DNA of 62,877 nucleotides, filler included, from Piptocephalis cylindrospora (Eukaryota): NCBI GenBank assembly GCA_003614145.1. It is 21 parts of 21 records of this genome, joined end to end, with 100 filler letters (N's around TTAATTAATTAA, not from the genome) between each part and the next. Parts side by side here need not be neighbours in the genome. Positions count along the whole stretch, not along the records: positions 1 to 2,952 come from KZ988797.1; positions 3,053 to 5,888 come from KZ988798.1; positions 5,989 to 8,821 come from KZ988799.1; positions 8,922 to 11,860 come from KZ988800.1; positions 11,961 to 14,892 come from KZ988801.1; 16 more parts are not named here. One strand, given 5' to 3'. This document shows positions 1 to 11,992 of the stretch, in pieces; position 1 is the stretch's first letter; each line of letters opens with the position of its first letter. The notes beneath the pieces were generated by a model. It was not told the DNA's origin. It did no database searches and saw nothing but the letters and a program-made list of their open reading frames with translations. Made by a program: the position numbers and the translations under genes.

Positions 1-188
1 TCATTGGGAGTAATAGGAGAGGGTGCGGAGGTGGTGATGATGGAGATGGAAGAGGTAGAGGAAAACAGGGAGGAAGGGAGGGGGGTAACTTCCTGAGTCA
101 CCGTGACAGTCTGAGGAGGAAGAAGGGTATTGAGGAGGGCGGAAATCGAGGTTGAATCCAACATGGCTGTTGGCGTTGGAAAGGACAT
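1..188 (-). CDS. Possible 5' end of a Ser/Thr/Pro-rich protein (runs off the window start)
   Basis: Minus-strand ATG at 188 opens MSFPTPTAMLDSTSISALLNTLLPPQTVTVTQEV... with no stop to position 1. A CT-rich leader lies upstream. No recognisable domain. Confidence 0.3.
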   Translation of the reverse strand, partial: MSFPTPTAMLDSTSISALLNTLLPPQTVTVTQEVTPLPSSLFSSTSSISIITTSAPSPITPN

Positions 189-823
189 ATTGTTGAGAGG
201 AGGGAACGCTACCTGGCGTCTATTGTATGATGATGAAGAGGAGAGAGAGAGAGAGAAAGGATGGGAGGGGAAAGGAAAGGAAAGAGTAAAGATGAATGCA
301 GACAAGGACCAAGTGGAACATCCAGACCAGGCTAATGAATATTAAGGGTTCAAGAGCATCGGGGCTTGAGGGGGAAGAATAGGGTATGAACAGCGATTCT
401 GGACAGGGGCGGAGTTTGGCTTGTGTAAGTAGGCGGAGATTTAAAAGGGGGAGGTGATCCTGAAAACCCCGTTTATATAAATACATTCTTGTAGCGGAAA
501 CAGCGCTGATTGGTGCATTTGGAATAGAGAAGCTCTACAAAGGAGCGGTACTATGATCTGATAGCCCAAACAAACTCAAAGGATTCATGTATATCATCAT
601 GGCTTGAAGAATGCGGATGGACCTATTATTAAAAGAAAGGAAGAAAAAGGATTGTTTATTACCAGTACAAAGGAATTATAAAAGTGACACGTTAAGAAAA
701 TGATGCAGATTGGTTACCAAGTGGAAGATACGTCAAGAGAAAGGCATACCAGCAACCACTGCATTAAAACATTATGTATTCTAATTCACTGTTCAGAAAG
801 CAAAGACGTATGGATGCACCGAC

Positions 824-1964
824 TCATGTCCTACCCCGAGAGGAGGTGAAGACGTGAAATTCACACTTGACAAAGTCTGGTTCGGCTAGGAGAATAAAGT
901 CCTTGGCGACCTTAACATACCCATCTCGGGAAAGATGGGTACGGAAGGGAGATGTATAGAGGTCGGCCCGGTCATACTCGTAGTTTCCAAGATCAATATA
1001 AGGCCCTGGTTTGATCCGAACATCGCTTTGGCCCGTGGCCTTGTCCTGTTCGCCTTCCAGCCATGTCTTTAGCAAGGTGTTCCTCTCTTGATTCCTCTGG
1101 ACCCCCTCTGGGCCCCACCGCATCGCATCGCCAGCCGTGGGAAGGGTTGAGACGTAAATGATCCGCTTGGCCCTATGTGTAGCCTGGGGTGTGTCAACTG
1201 GCCAGGGCAGCTCGAGGAGGACACGCACAACTGCTTGAATGGCTTTTACCGTGTCCTCCGCGGTGATGTTCGGACTAGAGGAGAGTAGTAGTAAGCGAGA
1301 GTCACCATCTCATCCTCCCATCCATAGCCATACTCTTCCTGATCATTGTTCCCGAGAAAGAGGTAGATGATCTCAGAAGCCTGTACCCTGGGATCAGAGC
1401 ACATTTCATCAAGGAGACTAGGTGGCTTTGAAGAGGCGGCGGCAGTAGTGGACGAAGAAGGGAACCAATCCGTCGTCTTACTCCCGACCCTACCACGATT
1501 GTACACGCACCATTCCTGATGCAGGGCCTTTGCCCTATCCAACCGACCTGGAAGGTGACCCGCCACGCCTTTCATCGGCGGGATGGGATAAGTGGGAGGA
1601 GAGAGAGGGGCCTGTTTGCCCATCCTTATCCCCTCAACACTTACCATGGCCCGCCTGAATTACTCGGTCTCCATATCCAAAAGCAATGTCATCTCCTATG
1701 AAAAAGGGGGGTCAGCCAGTCCATCTAGTCACCCTGCCCTACTCTCCCAGCATATACCAAGGATACAAACGCCATGCTCCATCATGTGATGAGGGACATG
1801 AGACTGAATAAACCACTGGGAGGGGAGGGGGAGGGGGAGGTGAGTTAGATAACTAAGTACTCGTCTCTCTCCTCAATCCCTACCTGCATCAAGGACATGA
1901 CCCAGACTTCCAGTCGAATGAGCAATCTATCCCATACAGTGGGGGTGATAGACGAGCGAGTCAT
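824..1964 (-). CDS. SGNH/GDSL-fold hydrolase-like protein, 5 exons, about 291 aa, with an atypical catalytic motif
   Basis: Manually spliced exons 1964-1884, 1815-1758, 1695-1645, 1568-1334 and 1274-824; all introns are GT-AG and phases are consistent. Motifs: block I VCILGDDIAFGYGD, block II NRGRVGS, block III LFLGNND, block V-like FRTHLSRDGY. Confidence 0.7.
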
Positions 1965-2564
1965 GTGCGTTTGGGACTGGAAGCAATGTCACAGGGAAAG
2001 GAGGGAAAAGAGAAGGAGGGAGTAGGAGGAAAGGGAAGAGATAAGATTGTTCCCCACCTGAGAAGCTAGCTCCCTTTACAACCATAGCAGCCTATAGTAT
2101 GGACATTGGAGACTTCCACTGTGGAAATAGTCATCGTCTGGGATGATCCCTGCAAGAGGCCATAAGGCGTGGTGGTGGAGGCACGCTTGTGTCAACTTGT
2201 AGGGATTATACACAGCCTCACGAAAGCGTGCCGGTATTTTTACCTTCATGGACCTTTTTCTTTATTATTCTTCCTACAGAAAGTTATTCTTAATGAAATA
2301 CAGTACACTAGAAGCGCAAGGACAATACGATCAAAGTTGATTTAAACAATTTTAGATTGAAAAATAAATAATTCCAGAAATTAAACAATTGTGAAGCAAC
2401 TTATTCTGGCGCACTAGTGAAACAGGATTAACTTAAAATTCACTTTTCTTAATCTGATTGCTATAAAAGCTAAAATAGCAGGAATTGAGCTATAAGAATA
2501 CCATTATCAGAACCGGGACCCTTTATTACCCCCCCCACCATGATTTCTCTTATATCACTTAATC

Positions 2565-2952
2565 ATGAAAGTCATACCAAAAGAAACAACTCTACGCATC
2601 AAGATGCTCCTGGAGAAGGGTCAATCGCTCCGCTAAGTGGCTGTTACGGCCAAGGTAGGAACATCTACGGTAATGAGAAAGCGTAAGGAGCTAAAGATTG
2701 CAGAAAAACTCAAATCAGGTGGCCGCCCAAGTCTCTTAACCCCCAGAGAAGAACGGATGGCCGTCCGAAATGTAACTACAACACGCGGGGGATCAGCCAG
2801 GAGAGTCGCAATGCAGATTTCTGCCGATCATGGGGAAAGCGTTAGCGCAGAGACAGTGCTTCGTGCCCTTAGAAGGAGAGGATTAAGAGGCAGAAGGTCT
2901 AGAAAGGTTCCAATGTTAAAGCGTAGAAATCGCCTGGTCCGCTTGCGCTTTG
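2565..2952 (+). mobile_element. Tc1/mariner-family transposase N-terminus (paired HTH DNA-binding region), inactivated by a premature stop and cut by the contig end
   Basis: ATG at 2565 gives MKVIPKETTLRIKMLLEKGQSLR*VAVTAKVGTSTV...KSGGRPSLLTPREER...VSAETVLRALRRRGL...RKVPML...RLRF. This has the GRP linker and second HTH typical of Tc1 transposases. In-frame TAA at 2634-2636; AT-rich upstream region. Confidence 0.8.
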
Positions 2953-3052
2953 NNNNNNNNNNNNNNNNNNNNNNNNNNNNNNNNNNNNNNNNNNNNTTAA
3001 TTAATTAANNNNNNNNNNNNNNNNNNNNNNNNNNNNNNNNNNNNNNNNNNNN

Positions 3053-5043
3053 GGGACAGCGGGATAGGAGAGGATGGAGAAGAATGGGATGAGGAGGAGG
3101 GGGAGGGAGATGATGTAGAGCTTGGGGATGGGTTGCGTGTAGAGGAAGTATCAGAGAGCGGGGAGAGTCTTGGTAAGCAGCCCCTCTCCTCACACTCCTC
3201 TCCCTCCACGGTAAGATCTACTCGTGGTCGGACCAAGAGTGGAAGAGGTCGTGTAGCTTCGTTTATGGATACGGTTTCACGACAATTGGGCCGTGGGGGT
3301 CGTACAGTCAGTGTACGGATGGGTACAGAAGAGCGAGAGATTGAGGAAGAGGATAATATCGGCGGCCGAGAAGGACGGGATCATACTCACACGACCCATA
3401 CGACTAGTCGTACCAGGACCATGACCGTGGTTGGTGGAGAGCGGATGGGACGCGTGTCCGGAGTGACATTGACTTGTGCCAGAGAGGAGGCTGAACAGGA
3501 GGAGGAGGCCAGGCTACTCGAACTTCGCGAAACCCTCCCTTCCTCCATCCACCAGTATCCTCGGAGGGATGGAGAAGGTGGCAGCATTCGATCATCTCTT
3601 CGGAAGCGTACCTCCTCCCTCTCCATTGTCTCTTTGGCTGCCTCCCAGGACGCAAGTACCCTCTTCCCCGGTCGGGAATCAGAGTATGCGGGTCATTACC
3701 GACACGGGTCGGGTTCCTCTCCTGACACTCTTCCTCCCTTCCCGGATCTTCCTCTGCCCAGAATGGCTGACCGATATATGAGGCACGCTTCAGCCGCTTA
3801 TGGGCCCCAGTTTCTGCACCTCCTCGGCCTTGCCCAACATCACACCTTTCATCTGCCACGCACCACCTTTCACCCCAATCATCATGCTTTTGCCGAGCAC
3901 ACCGGTATTGGAGTGGAAGATGTCCTGCTCTCCAGCTTTACTCCGACCACGGAAGCCCCGGATGGAGTGGTCCATGCCCTGGTCCACTATGTCTCCTATG
4001 ATAGGGCCCAGAAGGCAGTGGTACTCACCCTACGGGGCACCATGGGTTTAAGTGATGTCCTGACCGATCTGTGCTGGGATTACGCTACTTTGCGCGTCGG
4101 CGATGTAGATTACTCGGTGCATGCTGGGATGCTGGAGGGAGCCAGAAGGTTGAGTGATCCGCAGGGTGAGGTGGTCCGCACAGTGCGTCGGGCCCTGGAG
4201 GCCGAGCCCACATACGGCCTCATCCTTACCGGCCATAGCCTTGGAGCTGGGGTAGCGGCGCTCTTGGCCGTTATGTGGTCCCAGGAACTCTCGGGAACTA
4301 CTCTTTCCGAGGGAACGGGCTCCTCTGATAGTCAGGATAAGGTTGTCGGGGGTAGGGTGTGGGTTACAGGTGAGAATGCGCATTTGGCCATGGCCACGGA
4401 AGCGGACCAGACCACGGAAGATCCCGTCCGAGGCGGCAAAGCTGTAGGGCTTCCCACGGGCCGACGGATCCGATGTGTGGGCTTTGGTGTTCCGTGCGTC
4501 ATGGATGCTGAATTAGGGGAGCGATGTGCCTCCCTCATCACCACCATTGTCCATGGAGATGACGTGGTGCCTAGCCTGAGTCTTGGGATTGTTCGAGACT
4601 TTAAGAATGTGGCCATCTCCCTGTCCGAGGAGAAAACTGTGGTAGAAGATATTGTTCGAAGGTGCATTGGGTGGGAAAGATCTAAGAATCCATCGTCCTC
4701 CGCCTCCTTTCCGTCGGCATCATTCCCCAAGCCCTCAGGACCTGAGGAAGCCGATTGGTTCTGGTCCCTGATCAAGACGATGCGTGCGGACATGACGGCG
4801 GAGAAGCTGTGTCCTCCAGGCCAGGTCTACGTTGTGGAGAATACCCGAGCTGTTCTTGTGGACGGGGAGATGCGGATCCGGGATACGACGAGGATCCGCA
4901 TGGTCCTGGTCCGGGATATTCGGTCAAGGTTTGGGGAGGTCATTTTTGGTAGACGCATGTTCACAGACCATAGCCCTAAGTACTATGAGGACGCCCTTCG
5001 AGCCCTTTCCCAAGGAGCCAGGGTCCCTCGACAAGCTGTGTAG
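3053..5043 (+). CDS. Class-3 lipase (diacylglycerol-lipase-like alpha/beta hydrolase), 5' partial
   Basis: Frame is open from the contig start. Motifs VVLTLRGT, VHAGML, GHSLGAG nucleophile elbow, HGDDVVP (Asp) and MFTDH (His). Confidence 0.9.
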
Positions 5044-5729
5044 TGTCTGATGAGGAGGTGTCTTACTTCTTTCTTCAAGCCATGAAGAGGTGTTGTGTGA
5101 GGTACGACTGTGAGATAAGCGTTGAAATAGGCGTTCCCCCCCTCATTATCTTTTTTCTTCATGGATTGATGTGGTGTTTTAAGGAAAGCATTTTGAGATA
5201 CCGTGTAACCTTTGGACCCTCCTTTAATCTATAATCTATAACCTATAGTTGGTGGATGAGTGGTATTCAAAGGATGGATAAATCATGGTCAGCTTAGGAT
5301 AATCTCCAAGGGAATAGCCATATATTCATTTAGGCGCCCAAGCCACTCGTGAAAGACGAAGGATGTGTGGGTAAATGAAGGGGCGCATCTCATATGCTAA
5401 GTACCTTATAGAGGTTGCCCCTAGTGGGTGGCCAACTGTGCGACCTATTTTTGAGGATGTGCTCCATACTGTCGAAGTGTCCCACACTGAAGCCCCCTCA
5501 CCATACCTTGGCGGAGCAAGGTGTGTATCCTAGGAACCTGTGCCGCCTGTCTATCACCCACGCTGACTTCCCTGGTAAACGACCCCGATGCCATCATCTC
5601 CCCGACCCCCATCCCTCTTCCTCCCTTTCCTCTTACTCATTCAGCTTTGATCCATTTAGCTACCCTTCCTCCATTTCTTCACCCTTTTCCATCCCATCCC
5701 CACGCACACTTATTCCTTCCTTCCCTCCC

Positions 5730-5888
5730 ATGACCGTCTTGGCTGTATGTCGGGCTATTTACGCTTATACGCCCCAGGACGGGGATGAGGTGGAGCTGGC
5801 TGCCGATGATATATGCTACGTCCTGGATCAGGACGACCCTGATTGGTGGAAAGTTCGGCTACGTACCTCGAATCCAGAGCAAGCGGCT
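5730..5888 (+). CDS. SLA1: N-terminal SH3 domain of an Sla1-like endocytic adaptor, 3' partial
   Basis: MTVLAVCRAIYAYTPQDGDEVELAADDICYVLDQDDPDWWKV: an SH3 domain starting immediately after Met, resembling the Sla1 N-terminus. Confidence 0.65.
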
Positions 5889-6406
5889 NNNNNNNNNNNN
5901 NNNNNNNNNNNNNNNNNNNNNNNNNNNNNNNNTTAATTAATTAANNNNNNNNNNNNNNNNNNNNNNNNNNNNNNNNNNNNNNNNNNNNATTTCTTTTCCA
6001 CCGATCAGTCCATCCCTCCTTGGAAATTTATGGGATGTGACCGACAAGGACATTGACCGATTTAGTATGTCGGTTTTGGATTCTTGTGGCCTGGGTCAAG
6101 AAAGGCTAAAGCCTGGGCATGCCCCCCTTTCCCTCCTCAAGGCGGTCAGTGTATCTAGGGAAGCATGTACGCTCAAGTATCTGATTGGGGCTTCACCAGT
6201 AGTTTATGGGATCCCCTGCGCATTTCAATGCCCTTCCCCGTAGTTTGCAATACAAAAACTCCAGAGGGAGGAACTGATGGATGAATCTGGCGAACTGATA
6301 TACTATTATGCACTCTCACATTTCATTCCATTGCATGCATCTTTCTCCCTTTTTAAGCATACTTGAGGGAGGAGAAATGATCACTTAAAGTGCAACCTAT
6401 ACCATC

Positions 6407-8821
6407 CTACTTATTACTGGCCACACCCACTCGATTACCCATACGAAGCTGTTGGGGGAAAGGAGAAGGGGAAGGAAGATAAAAGAGGGAGTGAGCTCAC
6501 AATCTTAAGCCGATTCGTTCACCGCCACATCGAAGGGCACTAACCAGAGTTTCCAAGGATTGACCAGCATTTTCCACGAGATCGGTATCAAAGGTAATTC
6601 TCCCAGGTTCAAAGAGAAGGACACAAGTGGAACCACCAAAGGCAAAGTAACCATGCTCGTCTCCCCGGCGGACTTGTTCACCCGGGGTACTGGTTAATTG
6701 AACAGATCCGACCTGTATAAGGGAAGCCCAAGGGGAGAGCGAGTGAGGAAGCAATGTAAAGAGGATTAACCTTTTCGTCTGAAACCAGCTCCTCCACTTA
6801 CCATCATAGCGCCGATGGATACATAGGCCATGGTGCCAAATTGCGGACTCTCCAGCACAGAGATAGATCGGACATTTTCCCCGTAGATATCGAGGGAGGA
6901 GCGGACAGCCATGGGATTGACGGTGTAGTAAGCACCCTCGATGGAGATGGGAGGGGAGAGAATCCCGTCTGCAGGGATGTGGAAACGATGGTAATCCTGT
7001 GGGGCCAGACGGAAGATGGCAAGACTCCCACCGACGAAGCGGTTAGCCAGATCAGTGTTGCCTCCGAGGAACTTTTCGAGAGTAAAATCCTGGCCCTTGA
7101 TCCAAATAGTCTGGGCCTCGGCGATGGTGGGGAAGAACATACACCGAGCATCGGCGGGAGAAACGAGCACAGAAGGATCAGAGGGGCAGTCGATGGGACG
7201 AGCGGAGGGCTTGAGCTTCCGGTAAAAGAACTGATTAAAGGTATTAAATGATTCCAAGGGATTGAGGACCTCACTCATGTCCAGATTATGGAAGGCGATG
7301 AAAGGGGCAATTTCGGCACGGGAATTGGGGGAATTGTACTTGACACCCTGTTTACGAGATAGGCTTTCCAGCATACTACGTATACGGGAGCCGCTCATCT
7401 TACCGGATTTATACATGAGGCGAATACCTAGACGAACGTAGGTGGAGATCTTTTCCTCGACGATTTGCCCAGTGGCTCGGTCGAGTACAAGGATGTTTGC
7501 GTTATTCTAGATGGGGAGATAATAAGTGAGGGAAACGAGAAAGGAAAAATGGACAGGACTGAGAATAATAGAACATACCTTTCCAACGCCATAGCCGCCA
7601 AAGCTAACCTTATTGACAATCTTGGTAAACCACTTGCGCTGAGCATAGGATTCAGAGACAAAATTGGTCATGATGAAACGATCGACCTGGGTGGGGTCGT
7701 GCATAGAGCAAATGGCAATGTGGGTAACGGCATCGAGATCAGACTTTCCGAGCATCCCATGCCTGTGGCACACAGGGCATTTTTGGACACGAACAAGCTG
7801 TTCAGTAATGGCAGCTTCTCCCGAGGCATCCCCTCCACTGAGATCGTCTTCACCTTGGGTGTTCTCATCGGCAAAGGATGATCCAGAGTTCTCGGGGGTG
7901 TGGGAGCCCTGACCAAGGACATAGTCCTCGAGGGAGCGACCTAGCTCATCAAAAGATAGCTCACCGGATTGGAGGTCCTTGCCATGGGCCTGGAAGAAGG
8001 AGGAGATGGTACCTTCGTGGAGGGTGGAGCCGACTGAATCGAGCATGGTCTCGATCTCCTGGTAGGACATGGAGCCATTATCATCCATGTCATATTGACG
8101 GGCCATGGAGGACCAAAAGCGACGACGGGTATCGGTGTACTTGAGGTAACAAGCGCGGATATGGAGGGTCGTCTTGTGATCGAGGAAGTCCTTGTCAACC
8201 ATGCCGAGAGGAAGTTCAAAGGTGATGAAGCCGTCCTCGAGACCCGGGGCATTCTGGTCATTGGGGGAGGCTGAATTAGCCTTTTCTAGGAGGGTGCTGA
8301 GAGGGAGGTCGACGGAGCCAACATGGTCATTGTCACTGAATTTATCATAGTCGTAGATACCGAAACGAATGGGGAAATTGAGGTCCTGGGGCTGAACGTG
8401 AAAGTAAAGACGCTCCTTCCAGGTGGCCTCCAGTGTATGGCGGAGGACACGGGTACGGAAGGACGAGCGACCAAAAGTGGCGACACAAAATGGATCCATA
8501 TCATAGCCGGTCTTGAGGGCATTGGGGAAGGGAGGGAGATTTTTGGCGCTAAGGATGTCAATAAAGACAATCCCAAGGGCCTCAGCATCCTTGCCGTAAT
8601 GGGTGGATGACTGGTACCGGGAGGAAAGCGTGAGCCTTCCTGTGTCAGGATCAATGGTGTCAGCGGGGGTTGGGCGACCATAGGTGCCCTCCTCATTGTC
8701 CTGGAGGTTGAGGTTACCCAGATTATTGGCAACCTTATTCATCAAATCATCCTGTGAACCATAGGGAGTGGGCATTTTCATGGTGGCCTCGGGGCCTTGA
8801 GATAGATGAGATTGGTGAGTA
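6407..8821 (-). CDS. PSD2: Phosphatidylserine decarboxylase 2 (C2 domain, EF-hand, decarboxylase), multi-exon, probably 5' partial
   Basis: C2 domain (GIVFIDILSAKNLP...DMDPF), EF-hand DMDDNGSMSYQE, FNQFFYRKLK, SPADAR, RLAPQDYHRFH and the FAFGGST self-cleavage motif. Final exon LRMGNRVGVASNK* ends at 6407. Confidence 0.95.
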
Positions 8822-8921
8822 NNNNNNNNNNNNNNNNNNNNNNNNNNNNNNNNNNNNNNNNNNNNTTAATTAATTAANNNNNNNNNNNNNNNNNNNNNNN
8901 NNNNNNNNNNNNNNNNNNNNN

Positions 8922-8976
8922 GGGCACCATCTCAAAGGATGATCCATGCGAGGATAGTCCTTGCGAGCTTTTCTCC
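8922..8976. repeat. 55-nt exact inverted copy of the other end of the same contig (11806-11860)
   Basis: gggcaccatctc...gcttttctcc is the reverse complement of 11806-11860; identity stops at exactly 55 nt. Confidence 0.97.
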
Positions 8977-9566
8977 AACCAGGTTGTGGGGGGCAACATT
9001 CCCCACAGCTTTATCCCGGCTTGTGAACGGGGCTTTGAGGATGCTCTGGAGAAAGGGTCGCTCATTGGACACCGGGTGACCGGGGTGCGAATGATCCTGG
9101 AGGATGGGTTGGCTCATTCGGTAGATTCCAACGAAATGTCCTTCCGTCTCGCTGCGGCTGGGGCCTTCCGGGAAGCGTACAAACAAGCCAAGCCCATTGT
9201 ACTTGAACCCATCATGGCTGTGTCCATTACGGCTCCCGTGGAGTTCCAGGGTACAGTACTTAGCTCCGTGAATAAGCGCAAGGGAACCATCCTGGATACC
9301 GAAGTTCATGAGGATTACTTTCATGCCTCGGTCGAGGCTCCTCTAAACAATATGTTTGGCTATTCTACGGATCTTCGTTCTAGTACTCAGGTAAGGAGTG
9401 AGAAGGGTAGGGGCTTTGTACACAGATACTCACCATCACCCATCTTTCTCGGTAGGGTAAGGGCGAATTTTCCATGGAGTACAAGAAGCATGCCCCGGTC
9501 ATGGGATCGGTGCAGGAGGAATTGGTCAAGCAACACCAAAAGCAACAATTGGCCAAAGTGAAATAA
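8971..9566 (+). CDS. MEF1: Mitochondrial elongation factor G1, C-terminal domains IV-V, 5' partial, one intron
   Basis: VVGGNIP...DGLAHSVDSNEMSF...LEPIM...PVEFQG...MFGYSTDLRSSTQ, intron from 9391, then GKGEFSMEY...LAKVK* (TAA 9564-9566). Confidence 0.93.
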
Positions 9567-9906
9567 GGCACCAAGAGCTGATGATGGGGGTGAAGACGAG
9601 GAATACATCATATTGCGTGTGAATTTTGGCTGTATGGATATAAAGATACAATTGGCATATCCATATCCGCCCAGGTAGAGCCCCCTTGGATAATGTTTCT
9701 GGGTGCAACAAAGATACAATCAGAACACAGTATGACACAGCACGACACGGCCAAATCCAGGTGGAGTACCGTGGAGATCAGTAGACTCCGTTCCAAACCC
9801 CACCTCCTAGAGTCTCTCACCATCCTCCCCATCTTCACCACTACAAGTGTATCCTCTCCCCCTCCTCAAGAACAATCTCCCGACAGCATATTTTTTCATT
9901 GACGAC

Positions 9907-10696
9907 ATGTCCCAAGGCAAGCCTTCAATCATGGACTTGGACCGTTCGTCTCCTGGAGACGACAGAGTAGGGGCGGAAGGGGAAGAGGCCGATATGGCCG
10001 TGCTGGACACCTTAACGTAAGTGGGTGGGGGGAGGGGCAGAGCCCCGTATCTTTGGGACGACCAACACCTTGCTCTAACCCTTACCGAATACAATGATAA
10101 CAGTGAGGAAGAGCTCCAAGAGATCTTGGACGAGGAGGAAGCCCTGGAGTTGTTGATAGAAACGATGCCTTCAGTCCAACATGTCCGGACGGTGATGGAG
10201 GAGCTGACCACCGGAAATGCAGCGATAGCACGTAAGGTTTTTGAGAAGAAGGTGAGGAAGGACATGGTTGACGACTGAATCATCCTCATCTTCCTTGCAG
10301 GTCGAACACGACAAGCCCATGAGGACATGAAGCAGCTTCGGGAACAAGTATCGGAGCTCACGGATGTCCTTGGTCGGACTAGAGAGCATCTCTCCCACTT
10401 GGATGCCCAGGCGCAAATTGCCACTAGTGTAGGTCATGCGATGAGTCAGGGGCCCTGAACCATTTGGGCCATCCACTCACCTTCTCTGCCAACAGCGCTT
10501 TTCCAGACATGCTGTGGCCGATGAGCTTTTATCGATGGCAAGATCGGCGGACGAGGAATCAGAGGCGTGCCTTGGGGAGATGGAGGGCTCAGAGGGCTTG
10601 GAGGGATGGGTGGATCGGTACATCCCCTTACGGGAAAATTATCATCGATTGGATCTTCTTTCCGAGCGAGTAAAGCACATGGCAGGTCCTAGGTGA
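9907..10696 (+). CDS. VPS37: ESCRT-I subunit Vps37-like (Mod(r) domain) protein, multi-exon
   Basis: ATG at 9907 and GTAAGT donor near 10017. Segments EELQEILDEEEAL...MPSVQHV...N..IA, a coiled coil, and C-terminal ADEESEA...WVDRYIPLRENYHRL match the Vps37 C-terminal pattern. Internal exon borders are approximate. Confidence 0.6.
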
Positions 10697-11383
10697 GGTA
10701 AGATGCTATTCGGACGTTGTTACGGAATGAGATGGAGGGGTTGAGGTAGATGGTGTGAGTGAGAAGGACAACATGTACATGCTTTCATGGATATGACATC
10801 TTGGCCATGAATAGGGGGGGGGGGGGGGGGGGGGTGTCGGTGAAGGTTGAGAGCCTTCTGCTCACCCATTCTAGGAGAATAACCTCAATTAAACCAGGAT
10901 GAACCTTGACCAGGACTACCTGCAACTGGATTGGTCCATTTCTAATTGAGTTCTGATTACTACAGTACGACCTCTTTTTGCCTCTTATCTCTGTCGGGCG
11001 TGGTGTACCTACCTAAAGGACTCCAAGATGGGAAGGATGGTGTATGGGTGACAGCATGTCCTTTTATAACAACAGTGTGAATGTGGTGATTATACTAGTG
11101 ATCTTACACCACCACCATTAGACAACCAGTCCAGCTTGTGAGGGCGGAGAAGATGAGGGTGTCATTCGCCTCGCCTCTTCATCATGTACATAGTGTGTGC
11201 GGCATGTCCCACGGAGCGCTAGCATCACACGTACACACTCAGCTTGGCCCGTCCCCTTTGTCCTCATCAAGGAGCTCACTCCGTCTCCCAGAATATGTGA
11301 CTCCAAGTCTTGGTGACTCTCCTTTCCGTTCCCCTCTTCCCTTCTTCCTTCCTTCTTTCTTTCTTCCTTGCCTTGTGTGTACC

Positions 11384-11860
11384 ATGTCCACCAGTCCTTT
11401 CCCGTCTTCCCCCAAGTCTCTTGCCGAATCTGATACCTCCAGTCCTGATGGAGTTTCCAAGATGATGACTAGTGCATCGCCAAGTCCTTTGAATATGGAC
11501 AAGGCCATTCCAGAGACAAGCCCTTCTGGTGCGAGCAAGGTGCTTCCAGAGACAGACCCGGCTGACACGAACAAGGTCATTCCGGAGATAATGTCATCGG
11601 ATACCAATAAGTCTGACTCATACACAGCCCCTGCTGAACTCTCCAAATCGGACAATCCTGGTCCAGATACAAGCTCAACATCTCCCACTTCTCCATCCCA
11701 GCCCGGCTCGGAGACGCAAAGTCAAAGGCCCATCAGCCCCTCTATCCAGGCCAATACGACAAGATCACCTCCTATCCCCTTGACCCCACGCACATCGAAC
11801 CGTTCGGAGAAAAGCTCGCAAGGACTATCCTCGCATGGATCATCCTTTGAGATGGTGCCC
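11384..11860 (+). CDS. Ser/Pro/Thr-rich low-complexity N-terminus of an unknown protein, 3' partial
   Basis: ATG at 11384 after a CT-rich leader, open to the contig end. Contains imperfect 12-aa repeats. Confidence 0.55.
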
Positions 11861-11992
11861 NNNNNNNNNNNNNNNNNNNNNNNNNNNNNNNNNNNNNNNN
11901 NNNNTTAATTAATTAANNNNNNNNNNNNNNNNNNNNNNNNNNNNNNNNNNNNNNNNNNNNGCCATGGTTGACTCACCGATTCATTCTTCTAG

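Noticed and set aside
8922..11860. Pack-MULE or TIR transposon carrying EF-G and VPS37 fragments
   Set aside because: No transposase or target-site duplication is visible, and the repeat is exactly 55 nt in two unrelated contigs, favouring an assembly chimera.
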